DNA of 63,804 bases, filler included, from Reclinomonas americana ATCC 50394 (taxonomy: Eukaryota): NCBI GenBank assembly GCA_048213135.1. It is 6 parts of 5 records of this genome, joined end to end, with 100 filler letters (N's around TTAATTAATTAA, not from the genome) between each part and the next. Parts side by side here need not be neighbours in the genome. Positions count along the whole stretch, not along the records: positions 51,159 to 58,242 come from PS015637.1; positions 58,343 to 63,804 come from PS015639.1; 4 more parts are not named here. One strand, 5' to 3'. The notes under the pieces were generated by a model, which was given only the letters and a program-made list of their open reading frames with translations, did not search any database and had not been told where the DNA came from. The position numbers and the translations under genes are program-made. Below are positions 52,826-63,804 of this stretch, one piece after another (the stretch's first letter is position 1; each line of letters starts with the position of its first letter).

Positions 52826-53997
52826 GGAGAGAGAGACAAGGAGCGTTCAGTCACTCACTGCACTCACTGCAATATCTATCTCAGTTGCTCATTCTCTCTC
52901 AATCACTCACTCACTCACTCCGTCCGTCCGTCCCTCACTGCACTCATTCCCTCTCACTCACTCACCCTCGCTCACTCACTCACTCACATTCACCGCCCTC
53001 GGTACTATATCTGTCTCTTTCTCTCTCTTTCTCTCTCTTTGCATCACTCTTCCGTTGTTTCCTTGCAACAGTGGACGTAACTGCTCACTCGAGGGTCCTC
53101 ACAGTAGCGCTGAATGAGCGCATTCCTCTCCGCTGCCATGACGATGCCGTGATCTCACCTGCAGAGGACAATGCGACGTTTGCTTTTTCTTGACCCGGCG
53201 GAATGCATTCAATACCAGGCAAGGTCGCCAACGCAAAGAAGCTCACGCGATCAGAGCGGATATTGCCGCAAGAGCTGCAGCGAAAAAAACCCTTGTGAAA
53301 CCTCGAGCTCGACGTCGACGTCGACAAGTGAGCAACTGCAACACAAATCGAATTCAAAGGGCGGCCAAGTCGGCGCTGGTGTTCACCTCCCACAACAGAG
53401 GCCTCCACGGTGCACATCGATGCACACGCATGCGGAAAATTGTCTTTCCCCGAATTCGAATTCCCGAATTCGATGCATGTGCCGCAGCGTGTACGATCGC
53501 AGAAAACGCTATGCGTCTATATGCAAGTGCGTCAAATCCACTGGTCAACCACGTTTATGCGCTGAAGATCGCAGTTCTCGACTTGTACGAAGCTCCGAGA
53601 GCGAATTCGAACACAGGTACAAAAGAAACCTGCTGCTTGCTGCCTCAAGATTGGTGTTTGTGTTGATGTTTTGGATACGCATGGTTGGCGTTGGTCATCA
53701 AGGCAGCTGTTGCTTGTCTGTTGGTGAATGATTTGTTGTCGAGGGCAAGTGGACATCGACATTCGTCTTTGAAACGACGGTCGATTGCAACTGCAAGGCT
53801 TTACTCAACATCGACAACACACTTTTAAGAATTTGTTGTTGGCTGCGATCGCTGGTGGATGCCATCTATTGTGTAACGTGGAGGTGTCGAAGCGAATGGT
53901 CTCTTGTGTAAATTGCATGAGTCACTTTCGTCGTGCACGTGTTTGTCATTGTCTCTTGCAAACACACGCGCACTCACTTTCCCCTCACGCACTCACA

Positions 53998-54417
53998 ATG
54001 CGCAGTGGAAGCTCTCGCGGTGACAAGCAGCAGAATGCAGCAAACAGTGCCAGTGGTGGGCATGTGACATCGCGCTCCTCTCTTGTGTTTGCGCCTGGTG
54101 CGCCCTCGGCGGTGGCGTGTGGAGGCGCGGCATTGGTGCTTGCGCTGGTGTTTGTGGTGTTGGGCGAGGTGTTGTTTGCGGGGAGTAAGCAGGCGACGGT
54201 GTTGGGCGGATTGGTGAGTCTATTGGGAAGATGGAGAGGAGGGGAGAGAGAGAGAGAGTGGGGAGAAGGGGAAGAGAAGGGGGTGAGAGAGTGTGGAGAG
54301 TGGCATGCACTTGCGATTCTCAATCTTTGTGAGTCGCATTCGTGACTCGTTCTTTTCTATCTCGCTGAGGCGTGCGTGTGTGCACTTCTCTTTCTCTCTC
54401 TTACACACACACACACG

Positions 54418-54449
<32 letters not shown>

Positions 54450-54684
54450 AGCGATTCTTAGGCCCTTGCAATCCTTGAGTCTTCTCTCCTTTTCCCTTTC
54501 TCGCTCACTCTCCGCATGCAGAGAGGCGTGCTTGTGTGTGTGTACTTCTCTCTCTTTCTCTCTCTCTCTCTCACCGATTCTCAAGCACTTGCCATCTTTG
54601 AGAGTCTCATTCGTCGCTCTTTCTCATTATCTCTTTCTCGACCACGTATCGTGCATGCAGAGAGAGATGCATGCTTTTGTTGCG

Positions 54685-54718
<34 letters not shown>

Positions 54719-55275
54719 GACCGAATCTCAGGCCCTTGCATTCTTTGAGTCTCTTCTCTCATTCTCTCTTTGTCTCGCTCACTCTTCGCGTATGCAGCGA
54801 AGCGTGCCTGTGTGTACAGCTCTCTCTCTCTCTCTCTCACTCACGCACTCAATCGTTCCTCAGGCAGTTGCTTCGATACATGTGATGTACGCCTCTCCTC
54901 TCTCGCTCTCTCTCTCTCTCACATACACACCCTCTTGCACACATCGTCTTAGCCCTTGCAGTCGTCTTCACGTGAGGTCTTCTTGCATGTGATTGTCTCT
55001 CTGTCGCTCTCTCGTGGACACTCCCTTTCTTTCTACTCTCATCTTCCGTGTCTCTCAGCACGCAAACATACTCCTCGCGTACACTGCGAGGCGTGCTTCT
55101 TTATCTCTCCCTTTTGATTCTAGGGCGGTAGTTCTCTTTCCTCGCCTCTTTCCCTCTTTCCATTCTCAGGCGCACGCACGAGATGCGTGGTTGTGTCCAT
55201 TTCAGTTCTCAGGCGCTCGCATTCGCCTGCGTGCACTCCGTCGTGATTGTATTGGTCTTGTTTCTTTGCATGCTT

Positions 55276-55364
<89 letters not shown>

Positions 55365-55480
55365 CNNNNNNNNNNNNNNNNNNNNCTTACCGTTCCTTCC
55401 GTCGTCGTCGTACCTACCGTCCGTTCGTACGTTCGTTACGTTACGTTCGTTCGTTTCGTTTCGTTCGTCTCGTCGTCGTC

Positions 55481-55525
<45 letters not shown>

Positions 55526-55940
55526 TCTCTCCTCGCCGTTCGTCCATTTTTTCCATTATTCTCACGACTCACCACCCTCCCATCCACAACCAGCTCGCCT
55601 CCGTCATGTTCCTGTGCCTGCTGTTGGTAAGTGCGCGCCTGCGTTTTCCAGCAATCCATCACGTGTAACACCCTTGCTTTCCCTCTGCCGCGACAGGCCG
55701 TCGGCAACCTTGAGGACATGTACCTGAAGGAGAAGAGGCCAATCGGCTGGCTGGAGGGTGCGTGTTTATCTCACCCAGTGCCACTCGCTTTGATCCCTCC
55801 CTCATTCTTCCGTCGCAGTCCTCGTATGTCTGTTTATCATGGTCGTCATTGCCGGTCGCGTGCACGGCGTGTGTGCCACCAGTGGCCTCATATTCAGCAG
55901 CGTCATTGTCTACTACCTCAATCTGCTCTTCAACAAGTAG
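53998..55940 (+). CDS. KRTCAP2: Keratinocyte-associated protein 2 homolog (oligosaccharyltransferase subunit KCP2); exons 53998-54213, 55594-55626, 55697-55757, 55819-55940
   Basis: Spliced ..ATVLGGL|LASVMFLCLLL|AVGNLE..WLE|VLVCLF..AGRVHGVCATSGLIFS..YYLN matches the KRTCAP2 pattern (GGLLGS.LF, AxxNLE, HRVCVTTCxIFS, YYIN). Confidence 0.85.
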
Positions 55941-56092
55941 GCAGCGCTCCGCGCGCGCTTGTCTGTGTTTTTTTGCAAGAGAGGGGGAGGAGAGAAGAGA
56001 GTAATTCGTTGCACACCAGTCTTACCGAAACAGAATACAGTTGTCGAAAACAAGAATATGTTCATTCACTACCACTCTCGCCATGGCCCCAT

Positions 56093-58052
56093 TCACCGGG
56101 CCTCTTTTGTCAGGAACGGGTTGTATTGTAGGCGCTTGATTTCCTCGATGCGCGTGTCCACCACCGTCTCGTGGGCCTTGATGCGGTCGCGCAGGTCGGA
56201 GAAGTCTTCGCTCTTGAGGTATTTGCAATCGCTGCATACGAAGGGGAAGGGCGTGAGGTTCACCGAAAAGAGCACAACAGATATGGAAAGCGGACGAAGG
56301 AGGAGGATTGTAATGATCAGAGCGGATCGCAGAATGGGCACAAAAGATGTCATGAGCAATGTCACAAGCAGACGACAGAGACATCTGACACTCACTCACC
56401 ACACACACATGCAGACTAAATGAAGGACTATTGTGGGGCAGAGTGACAAGCAAGAAAGCGACCCCCTACACATCACACACGTTGCCTTATGAACGAGAGA
56501 CAAGAAATCCGCTATGTGTCTCCTTCTCTCCCATGTACACGCACATATGGACAGAGATATCCCACTGTTGCTCACACCCATCGAGCCTGTCATCAACGAG
56601 TGACAAGAAATCCGCTCTGTCTCTCCTTCTCTCCCATGCACACGCACATGCGGACCCCACACATCGAGCCTGTCACAAACGCGTGACAAGAAATCCGCTC
56701 TGTCTCTCCTTCTCTCTCATGCACATGCGGACAGAGATGTCTCATTGTTGCTCACACCCATGGAGCCTGTCACCAACGCGTGGAGAAATCCGCTCTGTCT
56801 CTCCTTCTCTTTCAAGACGCATTCCGACTCACACTCACTTCCCTCTCACTCTCGCTTCCCTCTCACGATGCAGATTGGGCATGGGACAACAGACGACTCC
56901 TTCTCCTCCTCCTTTCCCCCAAGCCTTCCCTTCTCCTATCCACTCACCGATACAACTTCTTCTGCGGCATCAACCACAGCGCAATCATGTCGACCACCAA
57001 TGTCGACAGCGCAATCAGCGTCAGCGATGTCGTCAGCTGCACCAGCAGCGAGGTGATGGAAAAGTAACCGATTTGACCTGCAGTGACATGCGGTCAGGCG
57101 GCCGGCAGAAAGACGTGGACTGAACAGTTGCATACCTGTGATGACCACCAACATGCGCACGCCGTGTCGATTCTGGGTGGCGCGAATGTAGGGGTACTTG
57201 GTGTAAATGACCTGCGAGGCGCGTAAGATATGCAACGGCAATGAACACGCGGCGCGCAAGTGCGCTATTCACCTCCACGGCCTTGAAATCACTGTCGACG
57301 TAGATTGGCCGATACTGATACTCAATCATGTTGCCCCAGCCAATGTTCTGCAGGAGAAGAGTGAGTTATCCCTGCAGCGTACGCGACTGCATTGACTCTC
57401 CTCTCCCTTCCCCTCACGCACCGTGTAGTACACCTCCAGCACAAACGTGATGCCCTGATACCGATTCGACACTTGCATTCCATTGTTCAGGGTCGACGCT
57501 GTGTCAAGCGACACATGGTCAATACCTCACGAAACTCACAAGAACGAGTAACAGAGACGCAACAGATGGCATCCAGTTGAATTCCGGCCATGGAATTGAG
57601 CATGACCTTGATGGGGATCTTGTCGCCGTCTTGCGGAGGACCAAAGGTGTAGTCGGCATCGCGCTGCACGACGCGCATGAGGGGAGATCTCAGGTACGGA
57701 TACAACAGCACTCCAAAAAGACACGCAACAAGCCACGGTCCGTCGGAATGCTGCTGGTACCACAACGCGCCAAACATGTTGAACGGCGTGGAGGCCACCG
57801 TGCTGGAGCGCACGCGGTGCGTCATTTTGATCTGTGGAGAATGTGAGTGACCCAGGCACCAAATGTCACACCAACAGCACGGCACGAACGAAATTCTCTT
57901 CCACACCGGCCACCAGATACGCCTGTCCGCTCTGCGGGTCATTCTGCCACGTGCAGTTCGGGTCGGTGGGGAAGCAGTCGTTCGGGAGGTACTGGGTCTG
58001 GTTGGTGAAGCGGGTCGTGTAGAAAATGGCTTGCGTTTCGGGTGGGGGGACG
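56093..58052 (-). CDS. P2X receptor (ATP-gated cation channel), protist type; TM1/N-terminal exons lost in gap
   Basis: IFYTTRF..C....C.W, VAGVEENF, NRYQGITFVLEVYY, DFKAVE, NRHGVRMLVVITG|QIGYFS, TM2 LLVQLTTSLTLIALSTLVVDMIALWLM with the conserved Asp, and the C-terminal YxxxK motif (YRDCK). Confidence 0.88.
56490..56810. repeat. Intronic tandem repeat, about 85-100-nt unit x4, in the last P2X intron
   Basis: AGAAATCCGCT(A/C)TGT(G/C)TCTCCTTCTCT recurs near 56503, 56606, 56689 and 56784, with GAGCCTGTCA between units. Confidence 0.8.
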
Positions 58053-58147
58053 CTGTGGAATGACATGAAGAATGAGCGGGGAGGGTGGTGAAGGTGGACT
58101 GGGTGACAACATAACTCAGGCCCATGAAGATGCACAGAGAAACAGAC

Positions 58148-58236
<89 letters not shown>

Positions 58237-58689
58237 AGAGAGNNNNNNNNNNNNNNNNNNNNNNNNNNNNNNNNNNNNNNNNNNNNTTAATTAATTAANN
58301 NNNNNNNNNNNNNNNNNNNNNNNNNNNNNNNNNNNNNNNNNNTTGTCGTTGTTGTTGATATTGTTCTTGTTCGTCTTCTTCTTCTTCTTCTTCTTCTTCT
58401 TTTCTTCTTCTTTTCTTCTTCTTCTTCTTCTTCTTTTCCTCCTCCTCCGTCTTTTTCTTCTCCATTTTCTTGTTTTTTGTTGTTGTTGTTGTTGTTGTCG
58501 TTGCTGTTGTTGTTTTTCTTGTTGTTGTTCCTCTTCTTCTTCTTCCTCTTCTTTTTGTTCTTCTTCTTCTTCTTCTTGTGTTGTTGTTGTTGTTGTCGTT
58601 GTTGTTCTTGCTGCTGCTGCTGCTGCTGTTGTCGTCGTCCTTGTTGTTGCTCACTGTCTCTCTCTCTCCTTCTTCCCCTCTTTCTCCAG

Positions 58690-59240
58690 TGCGGCGCCAT
58701 GTGCATGCCCGAGGACACCTCGTTTCAGGATGCCGATTGTCCGTGTGGCATTCGCTTCTGTTTGCGCTGCGGTGGACGGTGGGTGAGTGGCGCTGGATCG
58801 CGTGGTCCCTGCGGCAATCCAGGCTGCATGTCAGCTTCGGACCTCCTCACCACGTGCGAGTGGGTGGTGAGTGTGCATGACCTTCGAAGAAGCAAAGGCC
58901 CTTCTCCTTGCTCATCACACGTTGCGCAGCGCATGTGGCCCTTCGACAAGGCCACCGACGATCCCGCTCCACGCCTGCGTGCTTGCCCGCGATGCCACCG
59001 CATTCAAGGTCTTGCAGCGGGTGGCATTATGTTTCTTGCGCGTCTCTCTCACTTCTTCCTTTTTTGGTGGTGGCAGATCACAATGACGGCTGCAAGCACA
59101 TGAAGTGTCAGGAGCCGACCTGCCTCGTCGAGTACTGCATGCGATGCTTGGCGGTGAAGGGGCCGCAGGGTTGGCCCGACACGTGCAGGAACTATGATTT
59201 TGCTTGCCCCGTGGCTCCTTGTCAGCAGTTGCCGAAATAG
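58690..59240 (+). CDS. 3' part of an RBR-type E3 ubiquitin ligase (IBR-like plus catalytic RING2/Rcat)
   Basis: CPCGIRFCLRC, then RACPRCHRIQ|DHNDGCKHMKC...C.VEYCMRC with the catalytic GC-x-HM motif. TAG at 59238-59240. Confidence 0.8.
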
Positions 59241-59337
59241 ATGGCAATGTAGTCAAAGCGTGCGGAATAGGCCGTCTCATGAGTGGGCCCTTTACTGTCT
59301 CTCTCTCTCTCTCTCTCTCTGAGTCTCCAGCGAACAG

Positions 59338-59520
59338 TCAGAAGCGAACATTGGCGAACTCTGCTTCAATATCTTCCCTCATCTCTCTCTCGAACGCCTC
59401 TGTCAGCTGCGCGTCCAGCGGCGGCACCGGCGGATCGGGAGACATGCGAGGCCGACTGAGAGACTTCAGCGCCGCAAGTCGACGACGCTCCGATTTGTAA
59501 AACTCAGGCGTCGGCGCCAC
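59338..59520 (-). CDS. Short coding-like exon or ORF of unknown affiliation
   Basis: Protein-like helical composition (FYKSERRRLAALKSL..FEREMREDIEAEF). No clear start codon or splice context. Confidence 0.25.
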   Translation of the reverse strand: MAPTPEFYKSERRRLAALKSLSRPRMSPDPPVPPLDAQLTEAFEREMREDIEAEFANVRF

Positions 59521-59701
59521 TGAGTGCGACGTCGAGTCCTGTGACTTCAGCGGCGATTCTCCAACAGGGTTGCTTTCTTCTCATCATCTTGCCGCCGACA
59601 CATATCGGGAGGGAACCCTCGAGCCGAGCTACAATGCACACCCATTCAAAACAGCAGGAGAGCGGTCGCGATCGGACTTCAATGGATCCGGAGGTTAGGA
59701 T

Positions 59702-62700
59702 TCACTGCTGAGATACTCTATTGTCGAACCCAAGTGGGCTGAGGTACGCGTGCGCTGACGTAGAGATAGGATAATTATCCATCAGAAAGATCGAAAAGTG
59801 GAGGATAGAAGAAAACACATACCGATAAAGTCAATGAGTTCTGTGAGCAGCGGTCCAAACCACTGCTTCGAGGCTGCGTCCACCACAACCAAACAACCAC
59901 AAGCATCCGAACCGACGTGCATCTCGTGGCACCTGACAGCGAGCGGCACAAACAGAACACGAGCAAAGTCCTCCATGGCAGACAACTCATTCTGCAAGGT
60001 CGCACAAGGTCGGATCGAGCAAACCAGGAGTGCATGCGACAATGCACGAACCACCAGCGCGATAAGTTGGTCGACATCCTCTTCAGCAGCATGGCGTTGT
60101 GCTTTCGCTTGCATGATAATGCACACGCGATCGTGCCGTGGCGAACTGTGAATGCGCAGCACAGTGAACGCATTGGCCCCCTCGTGGTTTCGCGTGGCAA
60201 GCCACGTGCAGCGGTCCGTCGGCAAGTCGCCAGTCATCAAATCCTGCAACATCAACAGGATAATGAAGCTATGCTCAAGAGGTGATGATCGCAAGTCACG
60301 CACGTGAAATTCCTGCAAGGGTCACCATTGATGAGTAACACGCGGCAGCACTCATAGAACACACGGCGACTCACCGGGGAGAGTGCAGACAATCGCTGCT
60401 CCAGAAGCTCATCTTCTGTCACCGGTTTACATTGTGACAGAGACACCTTGTACGCGGTGCACGTGGCGTTCAGGTTGGCGAGAGGCCCGGATACCAGCTG
60501 TCGCGGTTGGAGACAGAGCCCGCCCAACACCTCCGACAAATGCACGAGATCGTCCGTCGGCAACTTGACGCGGCGAACGAGCATGGACAACTGGAATGCA
60601 CAGACGACAGCCATTGCATACGAGGTGGCCTGTGCGAGAGATACATGTTGGCTTGGCACCCTTTTGAAAAAGGTACATACGTGAACAAACCAAGCGCTCT
60701 TCCACATCAGTGTCAGCCGAAGATGACGAGGACGACGAAGCAGATCGCGAGCGGCCAGCGCCCGCAGAGTCTGTGCAGGCCACTGGCGGAATGAAGGTCG
60801 AGGAAGCAGAGAGCATGGGGGCGGATGGATGTACAGAGTGATCCACTCTACGGTCGTGATCTGCAGTGTCGCGCACAAAGGCCGTTGCTACGTCGATGAG
60901 TGTCTCCACCTGGCGACAGACGGGTAGCCCTCTGTCCAACCGGCACAGTGGCACACACAGTCGACATGCGCCCGATTCAACAGCACGCGCCGAAGCATTC
61001 CGTATGCCATCTTCCGAGACTGGCTGCAGCAGCACGGCGCCTGCACTCTCCAACGCGACGAGGCGCTGTTCTCTGGTGGATCGCCTTGTGCCAAGCAGTG
61101 CGTCGGCGACAATGGTCTCCTCCAGCTCCCGCCCGTCCATTTCCTCCATTGCCCACTTGAATGCATCAGCAATGTCCACATCCTCAAGCGCAGAGTCTGT
61201 TCGATGGTGGTGAGCACATACTGATTTCGGTGGCCATACGCACAGTGAATTCACCATTCCTCAGCTGTGTCTCCACCGTCTGCAGAAAGGCGCTCAGCGA
61301 ACGAGGATGCCAGCCGACCAGACGCAGGTGCCACGCCAGCAATGGCGAAAGACGCCACTGGCTAAGCCATTGCCGAAACGCTGCATGGCAAGTTCGTCAT
61401 TTCAGGACTGGGTACGAGCACGACATGCTTTAAACGTACCCACATTCAGTGAATGCTCATTCGCCAACGCGTCAAGGATTCGCTCCGCGGCTTCCAGAGG
61501 GAGGAGTGGAACCACGATTTCCACGACTTTAATCTCCGTTGCGTGAGAGATGGCCTGCGGCAGCGCGCCGTCGTCGGTGCAAGTGCCGCTCATTGTCACA
61601 ATCACGCGAGAATTCGGAGGAGGTTGAATCATGGCATCGACGAGAACGTTGCTGATGGCAGACAGACGCGCTCGACTCGTCCGCCGGCTGTGCAGATGCA
61701 ATCCATCGTAGAGCTTTTGCACCTCGTCCACTGTGATGACCACGACCACACTGTGCGCACAACAGGCTGATCAGTGCACGACGCACGAATGACATGATCA
61801 TGTGCGATTCGCGGTCGTACCTTTCGTCTTCCGGCCACTCACAGCGCCGCCGATGAGTCGCTACCACTGCAGACAGAGCACTGGAGAGCGAACAGAGCGG
61901 CATCTTCTTCGGCTGGTCAGCAGCGGGAGGCCACTGTGCCAAAACGCGCCTGGTGAAGCCATCCTCCCATCCATCCGTGATACAAAAGTATGCACGGATC
62001 AGGCGCCATGCCAGCGCGGACGACGCCAGTGCCTTCAAGCCGTCTGGTGAGTACGCCTCCGCAGCAGTGTCAGTGAAGAACTCACGCATGGGATTGATGG
62101 CGTCGCCATTGCTGAACTTGAAGTACAGATGCAGAATACGAGCTGGGTGGGGAGGAAGATGAACACAACAACGCAAGCAGCCGAGAGATCACCTGCGTGG
62201 TGCATCATCGTACCTTGAGGACAACAGTGTTTGCGGGCACACGTCACCGCCTCCATCGCCAGTCGCGTTTTGCCAACCCCGGGCACGCCCGTGATGTATG
62301 GCAGCCGCATGCTCCGTCGCTCCCGTCGAGGACCAAGACTTGCAGCAATGGCCGAGCTGAGGTCGCTGTCGCTCTCTCCTCGCGCCTGGTACTGGAACGC
62401 GTCGCCGAGCAGCACCATGCCCCAGTACGAAGGAGGTGGCTATGCGGCTGGATAAGCAAAAGCCGGACTTGATCATGGCACTGCCATGCCTGTTGTACCT
62501 TGTCTCTGCCACTGCATGGATATGTCGCCTCCAGAGTGCTCAGAAACTCATCGAGTTCCTCTGGAGAAATGCACTCGGGGAGGGGGCGAAAGGTCTGACC
62601 TGAGACATGCAGTGAGGAGGAAATGGAAGAAAGAAGGCAAGATGAGTGAGAGGAGAAGACTCACTCACCGCGACTGTGTGCGCAGCCCATTCGCGGAGGA

Positions 62701-62945
62701 GGTGCTGCCAGAATGTGAGTGAATGGTGTCCTACAAAATATCGAACGTTCGCTGCAATCCCAGATCAACGCCGACCTGCACTGGTGAAAGAGTGGTATAC
62801 CACCTGCTCTCAATGTCAACGTGCGCGGCAAGATCAACAGCGCCTTGTGTAAACCTCGCAATCGAGCAACTTCGGCCGCGGCACAATCGAATCGGAAGTG
62901 TGCATGCAACGATACACAGAGGCCGTCCTCTCCACGAGTGCCATG
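59702..62945 (-). CDS. Crinkler/RHS-type P-loop NTPase plus C-terminal restriction-endonuclease-fold domain; multi-exon, 5' end uncertain
   Basis: Walker A YITGVPGVGKTRL (about 62266-62289), YFKFSNG, ALAWRLIRAYF, Walker B VITVDEVQ, LVGWHPRSL, and C-terminal RNHEGANAF..IIMQAK..KQWFGP resembling a PD-(D/E)xK/QxK REase. Confidence 0.72.
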
Positions 62946-63097
62946 ATGAAGAACATAAGATGCGTCATGACTCGCGTGACCTTGCACGACGTCAAACATC
63001 ACAACGTCGAGTGCTGTCCGCCAAGGCGCCTCTCACATTCTTCCGACCCTCCCTTCGTGAGAGCAACACACAGCAGCAAGCAGCACACACCGACACA

Positions 63098-63392
63098 ATG
63101 GGCTCCGATAACTCCAAAGGTACCCTCACAGCACAAGCATCTGCGCGCATCTCACTTCCTCATTATTATTGTCCGCTATTTTATGCAGCTGCTTCTCCTC
63201 CTCCTCCACCACCTGCGCCTGCGCCTGCTCCAGTTGCTCGACCTCCAGCAGCAGCACCAAAGCAGGCGTCTTCTCCGACTGAGAAAGCCGCAAAGAGTGA
63301 GTGTTTTGTGTGTGGAGTGTGAGTGATTGTTGCTGACTGAGCTGGTGTGTTCGGTTTCGTTGCAGAGGCGCCTGCTCGACAGGCGACACAAG
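63098..63392 (+). CDS. 5' exons of a gene continuing beyond the window; N-myristoylation-like start with Pro/Ala-rich linker
   Basis: MGSDNSK|AASPPPPP..TEKAAK|EAPARQATQ| with GT-AG borders. Gly2 and Ser6 fit the myristoylation consensus. Confidence 0.55.
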
Positions 63393-63804
63393 GTGAGAGT
63401 GAGAGAGAGAGGGGAACGGGGGAAAAGGTTGAAGGGAAGTAGAAGAAGAAGAGAAGAAGAAGAAGAATAACAACAACAAAAGCAGGAAGAAGAAAAACAA
63501 GGAGGAAGAAGAGCAAGAGTAAGCACAACAGAGATGAGAGGAGAAGAAGAGGAAGAAAGGAGGAGGAGGAGGAGGAGGAGGAGGAGGAGGAGGAGAAGAA
63601 GAAGAAGGAGGAGGAGGCAAGAACAAGGAGATCACGAAGAAGAAGAAGAAGAATAAGAAGAAGAAAATCAAAGGAGATGGGAGGAGATGAATGAGCAACA
63701 GAGATGAGGAGGAGGAAAAGAGAGGGTGTCATGCAACGAGTCATCTTGCTTCGTATTCTGGAAAACTTCTCCTTCTCTCATCTCTGTTCTTGATCTGTTC
63801 TTCC

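Overview
Intron-rich, GC-rich eukaryotic (protist) nuclear scaffold from a gappy draft assembly. It contains N-gaps, five artificial TTAATTAATTAA spacers, pyrosequencing-like TACG noise next to microsatellites, and at least two small contigs placed in the wrong orientation. I spliced about 20 genes by hand: a NACHT-pentapeptide-WD40 STAND protein, two related WD40 genes, a SnoaL-like protein, an SV2/SVOP-like MFS transporter, a bacterial-type SmpB with a mitochondrial-like presequence, CHD1, THOC7, the first exon of NAA20, a GT61-like glycosyltransferase, SMARCC/SWI3 with the animal-type N-terminal module, a degenerate P-loop protein, a large protein with three copies of an unrecognised Cys/His domain, two tandem signal-peptide + acidic propiece + PH-domain genes plus a relic third copy, a PARP6/8-like gene with a UBA domain, KRTCAP2, a P2X receptor, an RBR E3 fragment and a Crinkler-type NTPase-REase. 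The most notable signals are: (1) a nucleus-encoded, intron-containing SmpB, which implies organellar tmRNA trans-translation as in jakobids; (2) a frequent register-shifted 5' splice-site class, GT-T-GCG, in about 20 introns; (3) an apparently secreted prepro-PH-domain family; (4) the exon-bordered triple repeat domain. All family calls come from motif recognition by eye. No database searches were run, and exon boundaries are inferred rather than supported by transcripts.
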